Assembly: GCF_009208775.1 (NCBI RefSeq)
Contig: NZ_WFLM01000008.1
Coordinates: 35,206 to 67,205, forward strand
Source: Silvanigrella paludirubra
Lineage (GTDB): Bacteria; Bdellovibrionota_B; Oligoflexia; Silvanigrellales; Silvanigrellaceae
DNA length: 32,000 nucleotides
Reading direction: 5' to 3'
The notes beneath the pieces were generated by a model. The model saw only the letters and a list, made by a program, of their open reading frames with translations. It was not told the origin of the DNA and searched no databases. Of this stretch, positions 1-9,800 are shown one piece after another. Position 1 is the stretch's first letter. Each line of letters opens with the position of its first letter. Made by a program: the position numbers and the translations under genes.

Positions 1-345
1 AGCAAATTCACAGATGATTTCACAAGTGTATTTTTCTTCTAAATAGTTCCATGATGATACATTCATAGAGTCTAATCTATCACTTGATATACCAATTTGT
101 TTTAAATTTACTTTAGAAACTTGACTTTCTGCAATCATAAATAGAGAGGCTTTTACTTTATTTTTATTTTTATCAGGAGAAATACCTAAACAAGAAAATT
201 CATAATGCCATTCGTCATTCACATAATCTAAAAAAATGGCGTAACCCAAAAGCCAAGGAAATTCTTTATGAGGCAAACCTCTCATAGGGTCACCCGTGGA
301 AGACTTCTCTACATCTTCGTAGCGACTATTATGCCAAAATGCCAT
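1..345 (-). CDS. hypothetical protein, N-terminal 115 codons only (gene runs off the left edge)
   Basis: Not in the ORF track because no stop lies inside the window. Reverse-strand ATG at 345-343 follows AAGGAA with 6-nt spacing. The frame is open to position 1 (MAFWHNSRYEDVEKSSTGDPMRGLPHKEFPWLLGYAIFLDYVNDEWHYEF...). No family recognised. Confidence 0.4.
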   Translation of the reverse strand, partial: MAFWHNSRYEDVEKSSTGDPMRGLPHKEFPWLLGYAIFLDYVNDEWHYEFSCLGISPDKNKNKVKASLFMIAESQVSKVNLKQIGISSDRLDSMNVSSWNYLEEKYTCEIICEFA

Positions 346-503
346 ATGGGATTCCTTTTAATAAAACATAAATATTGTTTATTTATAAATGCTTATATAA
401 AAATACTACAAAATGGATTTGTAAATTGCCTTTGTAAAATAAATTTTTCAGAAAATTCTTGACATGGCGTACATCTATTATATGTGAAAGCGTGTTTCCT
501 CTC

Positions 504-519
504 CCGCAAATATTTGCGG
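504..519. promoter_or_regulatory. perfect 16-bp palindrome CCGCAAATATTTGCGG in the speA leader (operator or leader hairpin candidate)
   Basis: Read directly from the sequence. It lies about 40 nt downstream of a TTGACA hexamer (459-464) and about 38 nt upstream of the probable speA start. Confidence 0.3.
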
Positions 520-556
520 AAATTCTTTCAACTCCTTTTTTGTGTGGGGTATGACG

Positions 557-2479
557 ATGAAGAAAAACGTCATTCAAGAGTCTCGTGACCTTTATGGTAT
601 CGATGATTGGGGTTCCGGTTATTTTGGCATTTCTGATAAAGGAACAGTCGAAGTTTATCCGTTTGGCGACAACAAAGTTTCAGTTGAATTGTCTCAAATT
701 CTAGCGATAGCGGCTGATAAAAAGGTAAAAACACCTTTAATCATTCGATTTCCGCAAATACTCGACACACAACTAACTAGGCTTCAAAATGCTTTTAAAA
801 GCGCTATGGAAGAATTTAAATATGAAGGGGATCTTCGGGCTGTATTTCCTTTTAAAGTAAATCAACGAAAAGAATTTATAGATGATCTTGTTAGCAGCGG
901 CAAAAAACATGTTTATGGCTTAGAAGTAGGCACAAAACCTGAACTTTTTGCTGCCCTTGCCTATGATATTCACCCAGAAGCTCTTTTTGTATGTAATGGA
1001 TTTAAAGACTCTCATTTTATTGAACTTGCTTTTGATGCTAAAAAAATGGGTAAAAATGTTGTTCTTGTTATTGAAGGAACAGATGAGCTTAAATTCATTA
1101 TAAATCACGCTAAAAAAGTAGGATTTTGTGTAGATATTGGCCTACGCGCTAAGCTTTATGCAAAAGGCTCGGGTATGTGGGAAAAATCAGGAGGTATTGG
1201 GAGTAAATTTGGATTAAATAGTGTTGAAATGATGGAAGCTCTTTACCTTCTTGAAGAAGCAGGCTTAAAAGATCAACTTGCTATGATTCACTACCATATT
1301 GGCTCACAAATAACAGAAATTAAACGCGTTAAAGCTGCTATGAAAGAAGCAGCGCGAGTTTATGCAAAAATACTAAAGACCGGATTTAACCTTCGTTACT
1401 TAAATATTGGTGGCGGTATTGGCGTTGATTATGATGGAAGTAAAACAAGTTTTTATGTCAGCCATAATTATACTATGCAAGAATTTGCAAACGATGTTAT
1501 TTACATAATTCAAGATGTCTGTAAGTCAGAGCAATGCAAAACACCACATATTGTCAGTGAAAGCGGTAGAGCTGTTGCCGCCTATCATGCTGTGCTCATC
1601 ACAGACGTTCGTGAAGTTGAAAAAACGGGTGGTGATCTTGAAGAATGGAAAATATCACCAAACGATCATAAACTTTTATCTGATATGGTTAATTCCGTTT
1701 CTTATATGAATGGAAAAAACTTTGTTGAATATTTTCACGATGCCCTTCAATATCGAGATGAACTCTTCACCTTATTTAATTTAGGTTACCTTGAAATAGA
1801 AGAGCGCGCTAAAGCTGAAGTTATTTATTATGAATTATGTAATAAAGCCCTTAGTTTTTATCGTAACTCAGGAATGCAGCTAGAAGAATTTGATGAGCTT
1901 GAAAAAAATCAATTTGGAAAATACATGGCTAATTTTTCCATGTTTCAATCCATTCCAGATACATTAGGTATTGATCAACTTTTTCCCGTTATGCCAATCA
2001 CTCGTTTAAATGAAAAAACAGAACATCATGGCGTAATTATGGATCTCACTTGTGATAGTGATGGTTGTTTAGATAAATTTGTAGATAAAAGAGACATTAA
2101 ACACTCTTTAGCTCTTCATATTCCTAAATCAAATGAGCCTTATTTTATTGGATTCTTTTTAGTTGGCGCTTACCAAGAAGCATTAGGTAACAATCATAAT
2201 CTTTTTGGTGCAGTTAATGAGCTAATTGTTCGCATTTCGGATAAGGGAACAATTTCTTCTGTTGATGAAGTTAAAGGTGAAGATGTAGGTGAAATTCTTC
2301 GCATTATGAACTATAAAGATGAAGAAATCATTGAAGGTTATAATCTTCAACTGAAAAGAAATGTAGCAGCAGGTGTCATTGACAAACAAGAAAGCGAACG
2401 TATTCTTCAAAAAGTGAAAAACTTTTTTAATGAATACCCTTACCTTGTAAGAAAAAACTCATTAGAAATAATTGAGTAA
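557..2479 (+). CDS. speA: biosynthetic arginine decarboxylase
   Basis: N-terminal YGIDDWGSGYF...G.VEVYP pattern typical of SpeA, a PLP-decarboxylase fold-III core (HYHIGSQI, NIGGGIGVDYDG) and a length of ~640 aa. The ORF opens at GTG 542. ATG 557 is preferred because the GGGG run sits 7-8 nt upstream; ATG 551 is also possible. Confidence 0.9.
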   Translation: MKKNVIQESRDLYGIDDWGSGYFGISDKGTVEVYPFGDNKVSVELSQILAIAADKKVKTPLIIRFPQILDTQLTRLQNAFKSAMEEFKYEGDLRAVFPFKVNQRKEFIDDLVSSGKKHVYGLEVGTKPELFAALAYDIHPEALFVCNGFKDSHFIELAFDAKKMGKNVVLVIEGTDELKFIINHAKKVGFCVDIGLRAKLYAKGSGMWEKSGGIGSKFGLNSVEMMEALYLLEEAGLKDQLAMIHYHIGSQITEIKRVKAAMKEAARVYAKILKTGFNLRYLNIGGGIGVDYDGSKTSFYVSHNYTMQEFANDVIYIIQDVCKSEQCKTPHIVSESGRAVAAYHAVLITDVREVEKTGGDLEEWKISPNDHKLLSDMVNSVSYMNGKNFVEYFHDALQYRDELFTLFNLGYLEIEERAKAEVIYYELCNKALSFYRNSGMQLEEFDELEKNQFGKYMANFSMFQSIPDTLGIDQLFPVMPITRLNEKTEHHGVIMDLTCDSDGCLDKFVDKRDIKHSLALHIPKSNEPYFIGFFLVGAYQEALGNNHNLFGAVNELIVRISDKGTISSVDEVKGEDVGEILRIMNYKDEEIIEGYNLQLKRNVAAGVIDKQESERILQKVKNFFNEYPYLVRKNSLEIIE

Positions 2480-2496
2480 TTGAACTTACCAAACAT

Positions 2497-2524
2497 CCCC
2501 TTGATTCTCTCAAGGGGTTTTTTA
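2497..2524 (+). terminator. rho-independent terminator after speA
   Basis: CCCCTTG-attctct-CAAGGGG hairpin (2497-2517) followed by a T-run (2518-2524). Confidence 0.8.
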
Positions 2525-2538
2525 TTTTAGGGGATTTT

Positions 2539-3453
2539 ATGAAATTTTTTAAACGAGCTCGAAACTCAGGATTTATAATTCCTGATTTTTCTAATTCTGT
2601 TAAATATTTTGATAATACAAAGTGTAAAATTCTTGATGGAAAATTGTTAAGTAGTCATTTTGTTACTCAAGCTCAAAATTTAAGATCAGGTAGAAAAATA
2701 CCTTGCTTAGCTGTTATTTTAGCCGGCGATAACCCAGCTTCACAAGTATATGTCAATAATAAAATAAAAATATTTAAAGAAGCAGGTTTTGAATCACAAA
2801 GTTTTTTTATTTCGAAAGAGGAAAGTACTGAAAAAAAACTTTTTCAAACAATAGATATGTTAAATAAAGATGATAATGTCGATGGTATTTTAGTACAATT
2901 ACCTCTTCCAAATGGATTAAATACTGAAAATATTTTAAATAGAATATTACCTCAAAAAGATGTTGATGGATTTCTTGCCCATAACTTAGGAACATTAGCG
3001 ACAGGTGAGTTAAATAGTGCTATCGCCTGCACCCCATTTGGTGTCATGGCATTATTATATGCTTATGGCATTGATCCTTCTGGAAAAAATACAGTTGTAA
3101 TAGGAAGAAGCAATATTGTTGGAAAACCAATGAGTTTACTTTTATTAAGCGCTGACGCTACAGTGACAATTGCACATTCTAAAACACAAAATTTAATTCA
3201 AATTTGTCAAAATGCAGATATTTTAGTTGCTGCTGCAGGGCAACCAGAAATGGTAACAAAAGATTTTATTAAAAAAGATGCTATCGTAATTGATGTTGGT
3301 ATACATAGAAAAGAAAATAGAAAACTTTGTGGTGATACTCATCAAAATGTAAAAGAAATAGCAAGCGCTCTCACTCCTGTTCCTGGTGGAGTTGGACCAA
3401 TGACAATTGCAATGCTTATGTTAAATACAGCATTAGCCGCATGGAATAAATAA
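2539..3453 (+). CDS. folD: bifunctional methylenetetrahydrofolate dehydrogenase / methenyl-THF cyclohydrolase
   Basis: ILDGK..., PCLAVILAGDNPASQVYVNNK, VDGILVQLPLP and PVPGGVGPMTIAMLM are classic FolD motifs. AGGGGA RBS before ATG 2539. About 28 extra N-terminal residues relative to typical FolD. Confidence 0.92.
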   Translation: MKFFKRARNSGFIIPDFSNSVKYFDNTKCKILDGKLLSSHFVTQAQNLRSGRKIPCLAVILAGDNPASQVYVNNKIKIFKEAGFESQSFFISKEESTEKKLFQTIDMLNKDDNVDGILVQLPLPNGLNTENILNRILPQKDVDGFLAHNLGTLATGELNSAIACTPFGVMALLYAYGIDPSGKNTVVIGRSNIVGKPMSLLLLSADATVTIAHSKTQNLIQICQNADILVAAAGQPEMVTKDFIKKDAIVIDVGIHRKENRKLCGDTHQNVKEIASALTPVPGGVGPMTIAMLMLNTALAAWNK

Positions 3454-3531
3454 TATTTTCTAAAATATTTAATATTGGTAATCTAATTCATATTTGGTAA
3501 GCTTCTTTTTAATTTATTAAAAAAAATAATA

Positions 3532-3560
3532 TTGACAACATCATAGTTCATTGATATTAG
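3532..3560 (+). promoter_or_regulatory. sigma70-type promoter candidate for the 116-aa gene
   Basis: TTGACA (3532-3537), a 17-nt spacer, then TATTAG (3555-3560) preceded by TGa (extended -10 like). Confidence 0.45.
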
Positions 3561-3640
3561 AAAATTAAGATTCTAATTTTTAAAACACAAATATTTAAAA
3601 ATGAATAATAATTTAATTACAAATATAGGAGCATATTTCT

Positions 3641-3991
3641 ATGAAAAAAAGCTATATCATTTCTGCATTAATTTCTATATTACCCATTTTTTCCTATGCA
3701 ATTGAATATAAATGCCCTCTTATTAAAAAAGGGGACTATAGTTCAATGTTTAATTCAGTAGATAATTGGTATATATATGCTATAAAGACGAATGGAAAAC
3801 CAATATATAATTTTGAAATTACAAAACAACCATTATGGGATGATTTTAATATTGAAACAACAGAAGATAATAAATCTTCACTTCTTTTTTGCAGTGCAAT
3901 GTACCCGCACGGATTTGTTAATACATTAAGATCTGTAAATAACTCTAATTGCAGAATAGACTCAATAAATAAATCTTTTCATTGTCCGTAA
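3641..3991 (+). CDS. small secreted cysteine-containing protein, unknown function
   Basis: Signal-peptide-like N-terminus (MKKSYIISALISILPIFSYA), AGGAG RBS upstream, 4 Cys in the mature part. No family recognised. Confidence 0.6.
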   Translation: MKKSYIISALISILPIFSYAIEYKCPLIKKGDYSSMFNSVDNWYIYAIKTNGKPIYNFEITKQPLWDDFNIETTEDNKSSLLFCSAMYPHGFVNTLRSVNNSNCRIDSINKSFHCP

Positions 3992-4016
3992 TTATTTTTT
4001 CTTTTCATAAAAAAAA

Positions 4017-4040
4017 AGATTTTATACTTAAATAAAATCT
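4017..4040. terminator. bidirectional hairpin terminator between convergent genes
   Basis: AGATTTTAT (4017-4025) pairs with ATAAAATCT (4032-4040). An A-run lies upstream and a T-run downstream. The hairpin overlaps the phhA stop codon (4028-4030). Confidence 0.6.
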
Positions 4041-4900
4041 TTTTTTCTTGCCCAATTTCTAAATTCAGTTTCAAGCTCTTCAAAGGAAGAGATTTCAAAC
4101 AATTGATCTTGCATATGATGAATATCAAAATCTGTTTCAATAATTTTATCTATATTAAATGGATGTTTCTTTACTTTATCTGATAAACTATAAAGAATTT
4201 CACCGCATGAAGAAGCAATTCCCGCTCCATAAATTCTTGTTAACTTAGGATCACGATTGTTACCTTTGTGTGCCGTCTCATTAATAAGACCAAACTCAAC
4301 AGTAAACCAATAAATGCGATTGAACCACATGAGTTCTTCTTCATTCTTGGCTGCCGATCCTGCAATTCCAAATAAATGAAAAAATTCTGCAAAACGATTG
4401 TGCGTGATCATTGGCAAATGGCCTATTTGATCATGGAAGGTATCTGGTGCTGGGGTGTAGTCAATTTCATCCGCATGTCTTATAAAATCAGTACATGGAA
4501 AAACTTTATTTGCTAGCAATGCAAAGAAGTTAACAGGAGAAACAAGTCCTTCTGCTCTTATGACTTGCCATTCTGTACATTTTTTTAAGGCTTCACTTGA
4601 ATCCGCTAATTTAGGAATTTTATCCAAAGGAAATTTTAAGTGATGAATTCCATTTATATATTCTTCACATAAATGATCTTGAACTAAAACTCTTTGCTTT
4701 TCATACATTTTATTCCAAGTTTCATTTTGTTCTTGTGAATACTTTGGAGCAATAATTTTAGACCCTATCGTGCCTTCAACAGAGGGACTCGGAACAACGG
4801 GATATGAAGATTTTGCTTTATATTCAACCTCTATAGATAAAGCACCTTCGGGAATGGGTATGTAGTGATTTTTGAGATTGGGACGAAATTCAGAATTCAT
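4028..4900 (-). CDS. phhA: phenylalanine 4-monooxygenase (biopterin-dependent aromatic amino acid hydroxylase)
   Basis: DYTPAPDTFHDQIGHLPM (HxxxxH iron ligands), WFTVEFGL (Glu ligand) and IYGAGIASSCGE. The ORF track opens at a TTG at 4948. ATG at 4900 (MNSEFRPN...) gives a typical ~290-aa bacterial PAH. Confidence 0.88.
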   Translation of the reverse strand: MNSEFRPNLKNHYIPIPEGALSIEVEYKAKSSYPVVPSPSVEGTIGSKIIAPKYSQEQNETWNKMYEKQRVLVQDHLCEEYINGIHHLKFPLDKIPKLADSSEALKKCTEWQVIRAEGLVSPVNFFALLANKVFPCTDFIRHADEIDYTPAPDTFHDQIGHLPMITHNRFAEFFHLFGIAGSAAKNEEELMWFNRIYWFTVEFGLINETAHKGNNRDPKLTRIYGAGIASSCGEILYSLSDKVKKHPFNIDKIIETDFDIHHMQDQLFEISSFEELETEFRNWARKKDFI

Positions 4901-5105
4901 ATATATGCCTATTAAAAAAAGGGTTTTATTTTTTTGCACTTCCCTCAATCAATCAGAATTGATTCAAAAACATTTGATAATCGTATCGCAGAAATTAAGC
5001 AAAGACATTACCTATTTTTATGGATCAGCTTTATATTTAAGCTAGATCACTTTCTTTTTTATAGGTTCAGACTATCTTAAAAGAGTAAATTTTTAAATAA
5101 AAAAA

Positions 5106-5182
5106 ACTCACTATTCAAGCTAATATTTTTCTCCATTATTCTAAGGGAATAACACAGAAAAAAGTTAGCAGAAAAAGTGAGT
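5106..5182 (-). terminator. long nested stem-loop, probable rpsD terminator
   Basis: Four co-axial helices: 5106-5111/5177-5182, 5119-5123/5165-5169, 5126-5132/5156-5162 and 5136-5141/5147-5152 (24 bp in total), with loop 5142-5146. On the minus strand it is followed by 8 T (complement of 5099-5106). It begins 22 nt after the rpsD stop. Confidence 0.55.
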
Positions 5183-5203
5183 CTTTTTCAAAAAAACGAT
5201 GAA

Positions 5204-5812
5204 TTAACCGCGTTGAGCGTAATATTCAACCACTAGACGCTCATTCACATTAAGAAGAACTTCTTCACGTGAACATACACTAACAACAGACGCTTGAAGC
5301 TTATCAGAGCTGAGGCTTAAAAACGCTGGTGGTTGTGCATTAGAACGGTGAACAATATTATTCTTAACAAGGGCTAAAGTAGCTTCTTTGTTAGTTGGAA
5401 CAATAACTTCACCTGGTTTACATTGGTAACCCGGCATATTTACTCTACGGCCGTTTACATGAACATGTCCGTGACGAACAAGCTGACGTGCAGCTGGAAT
5501 CGTTGGGGCAAATCCAAGACGGAAAACAATGCTGTCAAGACGCATTTCGCAGATGCGAAGAAGAGCTTCACCAGTAAGAGTTTTAGCCTTACGAGCTGCT
5601 TTCACATAACGTTGCATTTGTCTTTCAGTAAGACCATAGTTAAAGCGAATTTTTTGCTTTTCCTCAAGAGCAAGAGCAAATTCTGACTTCTTTTGCGGAG
5701 CCGCGCCGTGTTGTCCAGGGCGTGATTTCCTTTTGATTTCTTTATTTGTAAGCCCTGGCAAAGTTCCGAGGCGACGAGCGATGCGCATGCGTGGGCCAGT
5801 GTAACGAGACAT
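5204..5812 (-). CDS. rpsD: 30S ribosomal protein S4
   Basis: MSRYTGPRMRIARRLG... is the canonical S4 N-terminus, followed by an S4 RNA-binding domain (RLDSIVFRLGFAPTIPAARQLVRHGHVHVNG). Start moved from the track's 5842 to ATG 5812. Confidence 0.95.
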   Translation of the reverse strand: MSRYTGPRMRIARRLGTLPGLTNKEIKRKSRPGQHGAAPQKKSEFALALEEKQKIRFNYGLTERQMQRYVKAARKAKTLTGEALLRICEMRLDSIVFRLGFAPTIPAARQLVRHGHVHVNGRRVNMPGYQCKPGEVIVPTNKEATLALVKNNIVHRSNAQPPAFLSLSSDKLQASVVSVCSREEVLLNVNERLVVEYYAQRG

Positions 5813-5976
5813 ATGTACTAAGTACCTCCATAAAATGTTCAAAACACAGGCGCACTATATGTTTTTTATTTTCATAAGGAAAGCCCTTATTGAAAATCTT
5901 TTCATGTTTTTTCTTACGCCTATGCCTGCATAATAACTAACTAAAACTATTAAATAAATTCTCCATACGCCCCGAA

Positions 5977-6720
5977 CTAGTTTATTTGTTTGAAAAAACG
6001 GTCGGTACGGAACTCCGGAAATAAGCCAGTATCTCCAGTAGTTGAGAACAAGACAAAGATGGCTTTACCATACAGAGCATCTTCATCTACAAAACCAAAA
6101 ACGCGGCTGTCAACAGAACTATCACGGTTATCGCCAAGTACAAATACTTTCTTGGGGGGAACGAGAAATGTTCCTGACTCAAAGTAAGTCTTACCAGGCT
6201 CATCCGACATCAGTATTAGATGTGGCTCCAAATGTAAATCCTTATTTTCTTCAATAATTAGAGAATTTTGATAGTATCGATAGGGGCTATTGCCAAGGTA
6301 ACTTTGTGAAACCTGTTCCCCATTGATTGTAACGATCCCTTTGTGAAAAGAAACAGTATCCCCAGGGATACCAATAACTCTCTTTACAAATGTTTCATTA
6401 CTATTAGGCGAATTAAAAAAAAGAACGTCTCCACGATCTGGACTTTTCCATCTTATAAGAGGAGATTTTACAAACGGAAGCCATAATCCATAACTCAATT
6501 TATTAAGCATTACCCTGTCACCAGGAATAATATTGGGCAACATAGATGTTGATGGGATTAAGAAAAATCCAAGAAAAGAGGTTTTAATTAAAATAAAAAC
6601 GAGAATAAATCCGACTACCCACAAAAATTCTGTAAAATAATTTTTTTTCAAAAAAGGCCTCTCAGACATTTGAATTAAGAAAGTCCAACAAACAAGCCAA
6701 ATTGTGATATACTCATACAC
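5977..6720 (-). CDS. lepB: signal peptidase I
   Basis: IPSTSMLPNIIPGDRV (catalytic Ser box), VKRVIGIPGD and GDNRDSSVDSR boxes. The start is ambiguous: GTG 6720 or ATG 6669, neither with a well-placed SD. Confidence 0.85.
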   Translation of the reverse strand: MYEYITIWLVCWTFLIQMSERPFLKKNYFTEFLWVVGFILVFILIKTSFLGFFLIPSTSMLPNIIPGDRVMLNKLSYGLWLPFVKSPLIRWKSPDRGDVLFFNSPNSNETFVKRVIGIPGDTVSFHKGIVTINGEQVSQSYLGNSPYRYYQNSLIIEENKDLHLEPHLILMSDEPGKTYFESGTFLVPPKKVFVLGDNRDSSVDSRVFGFVDEDALYGKAIFVLFSTTGDTGLFPEFRTDRFFKQIN

Positions 6721-6835
6721 TTTTTTATATCATTTTCCACCTAAAAAACTATACGTATACCCTGATTATTTGATATACCCACCATAATACCGGAGTATTC
6801 GGTTTAACTTATCAACAAATAATTGGGAGCCTTCC

Positions 6836-9800
6836 ATGCAAGTCGAAAAACCAGCCAAAGGAATAGATTTTCCTTCGGTAGAAAAGGAAATGTTAAACAA
6901 ATGGGAAAGCGAAAACATTTTCCAACGAAGCATATCTGAACGCCCTCAAAACAAAAAATATAATTTCTATGATGGCCCCCCCTTTGCAACAGGATTACCA
7001 CATTTTGGCCATTTTGTTCCAAGTTCTGTTAAAGACGCCTTCCCTCGTTACTTTACCATGAAAGGATTTCGGGTAGAAAGACGTTTTGGCTGGGATTGTC
7101 ATGGCGTTCCGGTAGAATTACTTGTTCAAAAAGAGCTTGGCTTAAATGGAAAACTGGACATAGAAAAATTTGGTATCCCAAAATTTAATAAAGCATGTAG
7201 AGAATCTGTTGTACGCTATACAAAAGAATGGCGAAATTATATCAAACGTCTCGGCCGTTGGGTTGATATGGATGACGAATACCGCACCATGGATCCTGAA
7301 TTTATGGAAAGCGTATGGAATATTATACATAAATTGTGGGAAAAAGGTTTAATTTACGAAGGTAAATTTGTTGTAAGTTATTCTTCTGCCCTAGGAACAA
7401 CTTTATCAAATTTTGAAGCAAGTCAAGACTACCGTGATGTTCAAGATCCCTCTTTAACGATTAAAGCAAAATTACAAGGGAAACATGAAGGAAAAAGCCT
7501 TCTTGTTTGGACAACGACACCATGGACACTACCTGCTAACTTTGCTGTCGCTATTGATGCAAAAGCAACTTATGCCGAAGTTCACGATTCAAATTCAAAT
7601 GAAAATTATTATATTTTAAAAGATCGTATTTCTTCCTACTGGCCTAAAGAAAACTCATACCAAATCATTCGCGAGTTTGTTGGTGAAGAATTAGTAAATG
7701 TATCTTATGAACCTTTTTTTAACTCATGGGTTGAAAAAGGTGGTAAAAACTCTTTTAAAATTTATGGCACAAACTACGTCTTGCACGATACAGGAACAGG
7801 GGCTGTTCATACCGCTCCCGCTTTTGGTGAAGATGACTTTAACGCAGCAAAAGAATACGGACTTCCTATATTTGACCATTTAGATTCAAACGGAAAATTT
7901 ATTGAAGGAAATATCCCAGAAGTCGTAGGGCTTGACTTTAAAGCGGGTGATAAAGTCATTATTGCAGATCTTAAAAAACGTGGATTTATTTTCAAACACG
8001 AAACTTTTGTACATAGTTACCCTCATTGTTACCGTTCTGGTGTTCCTTTAATGTACAGAGCCGTTCCTTCTTGGTTTGTTAAAATTCAAGAAAATCGTGA
8101 TTTGTTACTTAAAATGAACGACCAAATAAATTGGGTTCCCGATCACATTAAAACAGGCCGTTTTGGCAAATGGCTTGAAAATGCAAGAGACTGGAATATA
8201 GGACGCTCCCGTTATTGGGGTAATCCTATTCCAATATGGAAAAATGAAGTAACAGGAGAAGAGTTATGCATTGGCTCTATTGCTGAACTTCAAAAATATA
8301 CTGATAAAAAAATAACAGATCTCCATATGGAATTTATAGATGATATTTTAATACCATCTACCAAAAATCCAGGAACCTTTCTGAAAAGAATTCCCTTTGT
8401 ACTAGATTGCTGGTTTGAATCAGGCTCTATGCCTTACGCGCAACACCATTATCCTTTTAAGCGAGCTGAAGAATTTGAATCGCTATTTCCAGCAGATTTT
8501 ATTTGTGAAGGAATAGACCAAACAAGAGGCTGGTTTTACACCTTAACCTTACTTTCTAGCTTATTATTTGAAAAACCAGCATTTAAAAATGTTGTCGTAA
8601 ACGGCTTAATTCTTGCAGAAGATGGCCGTAAAATGAGTAAAAGTTTAAAGAACTATCCAGATCCAATGGCAACACTGGAAGATTATGGAGCAGATTCCAT
8701 TCGTTTATTTTTACTATCTTCCCCAGCAACAGTGGCAGAAGAAGTTCGATTTAGCATTGAGGGTGTAAAAGAAAGCACACGCCGTGTTTTGTTACCTTTA
8801 TGGAATGCATATTCCTTTTTTGCAACTTATGCTTCCATTGATAAATGGTGTCCTGAAAAAGATTTAGTTGAAAGTAACAACCAATTAGATAAATGGATCC
8901 AGTTACGTTTAAATGATCTCATAAAAAACATTGATGAGTCTATGAACACGTACCAAATTGCAAAAGTTGCACCATCTATTATTGAGTTTTTTGATGATTT
9001 AAATAACTGGTACATAAGAAGAAGTCGACGTCGTTTTTGGGAGAGTAACAAAGAAGCTTATTCAACTCTTTATAAAGTTCTTTTACAAGCAACTCAAGTT
9101 TTGGCTCCTTTTGCACCTTTTACAGCTGAGTATTTCTTTGGAAAATTAGCTCTTACTAAAGAATTAAAACAAATAGGAAGTGTCCATTTATCTATTTTGC
9201 CAGAGCACAGAGAAATATCGATTGAAGAGCAAAATCTATTAAAAGAAGTTTCAATTTCACGGAGAGTTGTAGAGCTGGGTAGAACAATTCGAGTTACTCA
9301 TAAACTTAAAAACCGCCAACCACTTCAAAAATTAACAGTGGGTGTTCTTTCAAAAGACATGGGCGCACAAATTTTAAAACACAAAGATGTTATTTGTGAA
9401 GAATTAAATGTTAAAGATGTCGCTATCACATTTGATCCATCTGAACTTGCAAAAATTCTTGTAAAGCCAAACTTTAAAGTTCTTGGGAAATCTTTGGGTG
9501 ATAAAATCAAAGAGCTACAATCTTTGTTAAATGATTTATCTCAAGAAAATGCGGTAAAAGCTCTACGCAAAGAAACTATTCAAATAAAAGATTATACTTT
9601 AACACCGGAAACCATTCTTGTTGAATTAAGACCAAGTGGAAGTAACTTGGTAGCGACAGATTCAGAAATTGTTGCCGCTCTAGATCCCGTTATTTCTGAA
9701 GAATTAAGACTTGAAGGCATTGCGCGTGAACTTGTCAGTTTAATTCAAAAAGCGCGTAAGTCAGCTGATTTTAATGTGGAAGATAAAATGTGTCTAAAGC

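Noticed and set aside
268-577. Two 64-aa ORFs (268-462 plus strand, 383-577 minus strand) in the region upstream of speA
   Set aside because: No Shine-Dalgarno, and the composition is typical of AT-rich non-coding DNA. They overlap each other, the start of the real minus-strand gene (1-345) and the speA leader. Most likely chance ORFs.
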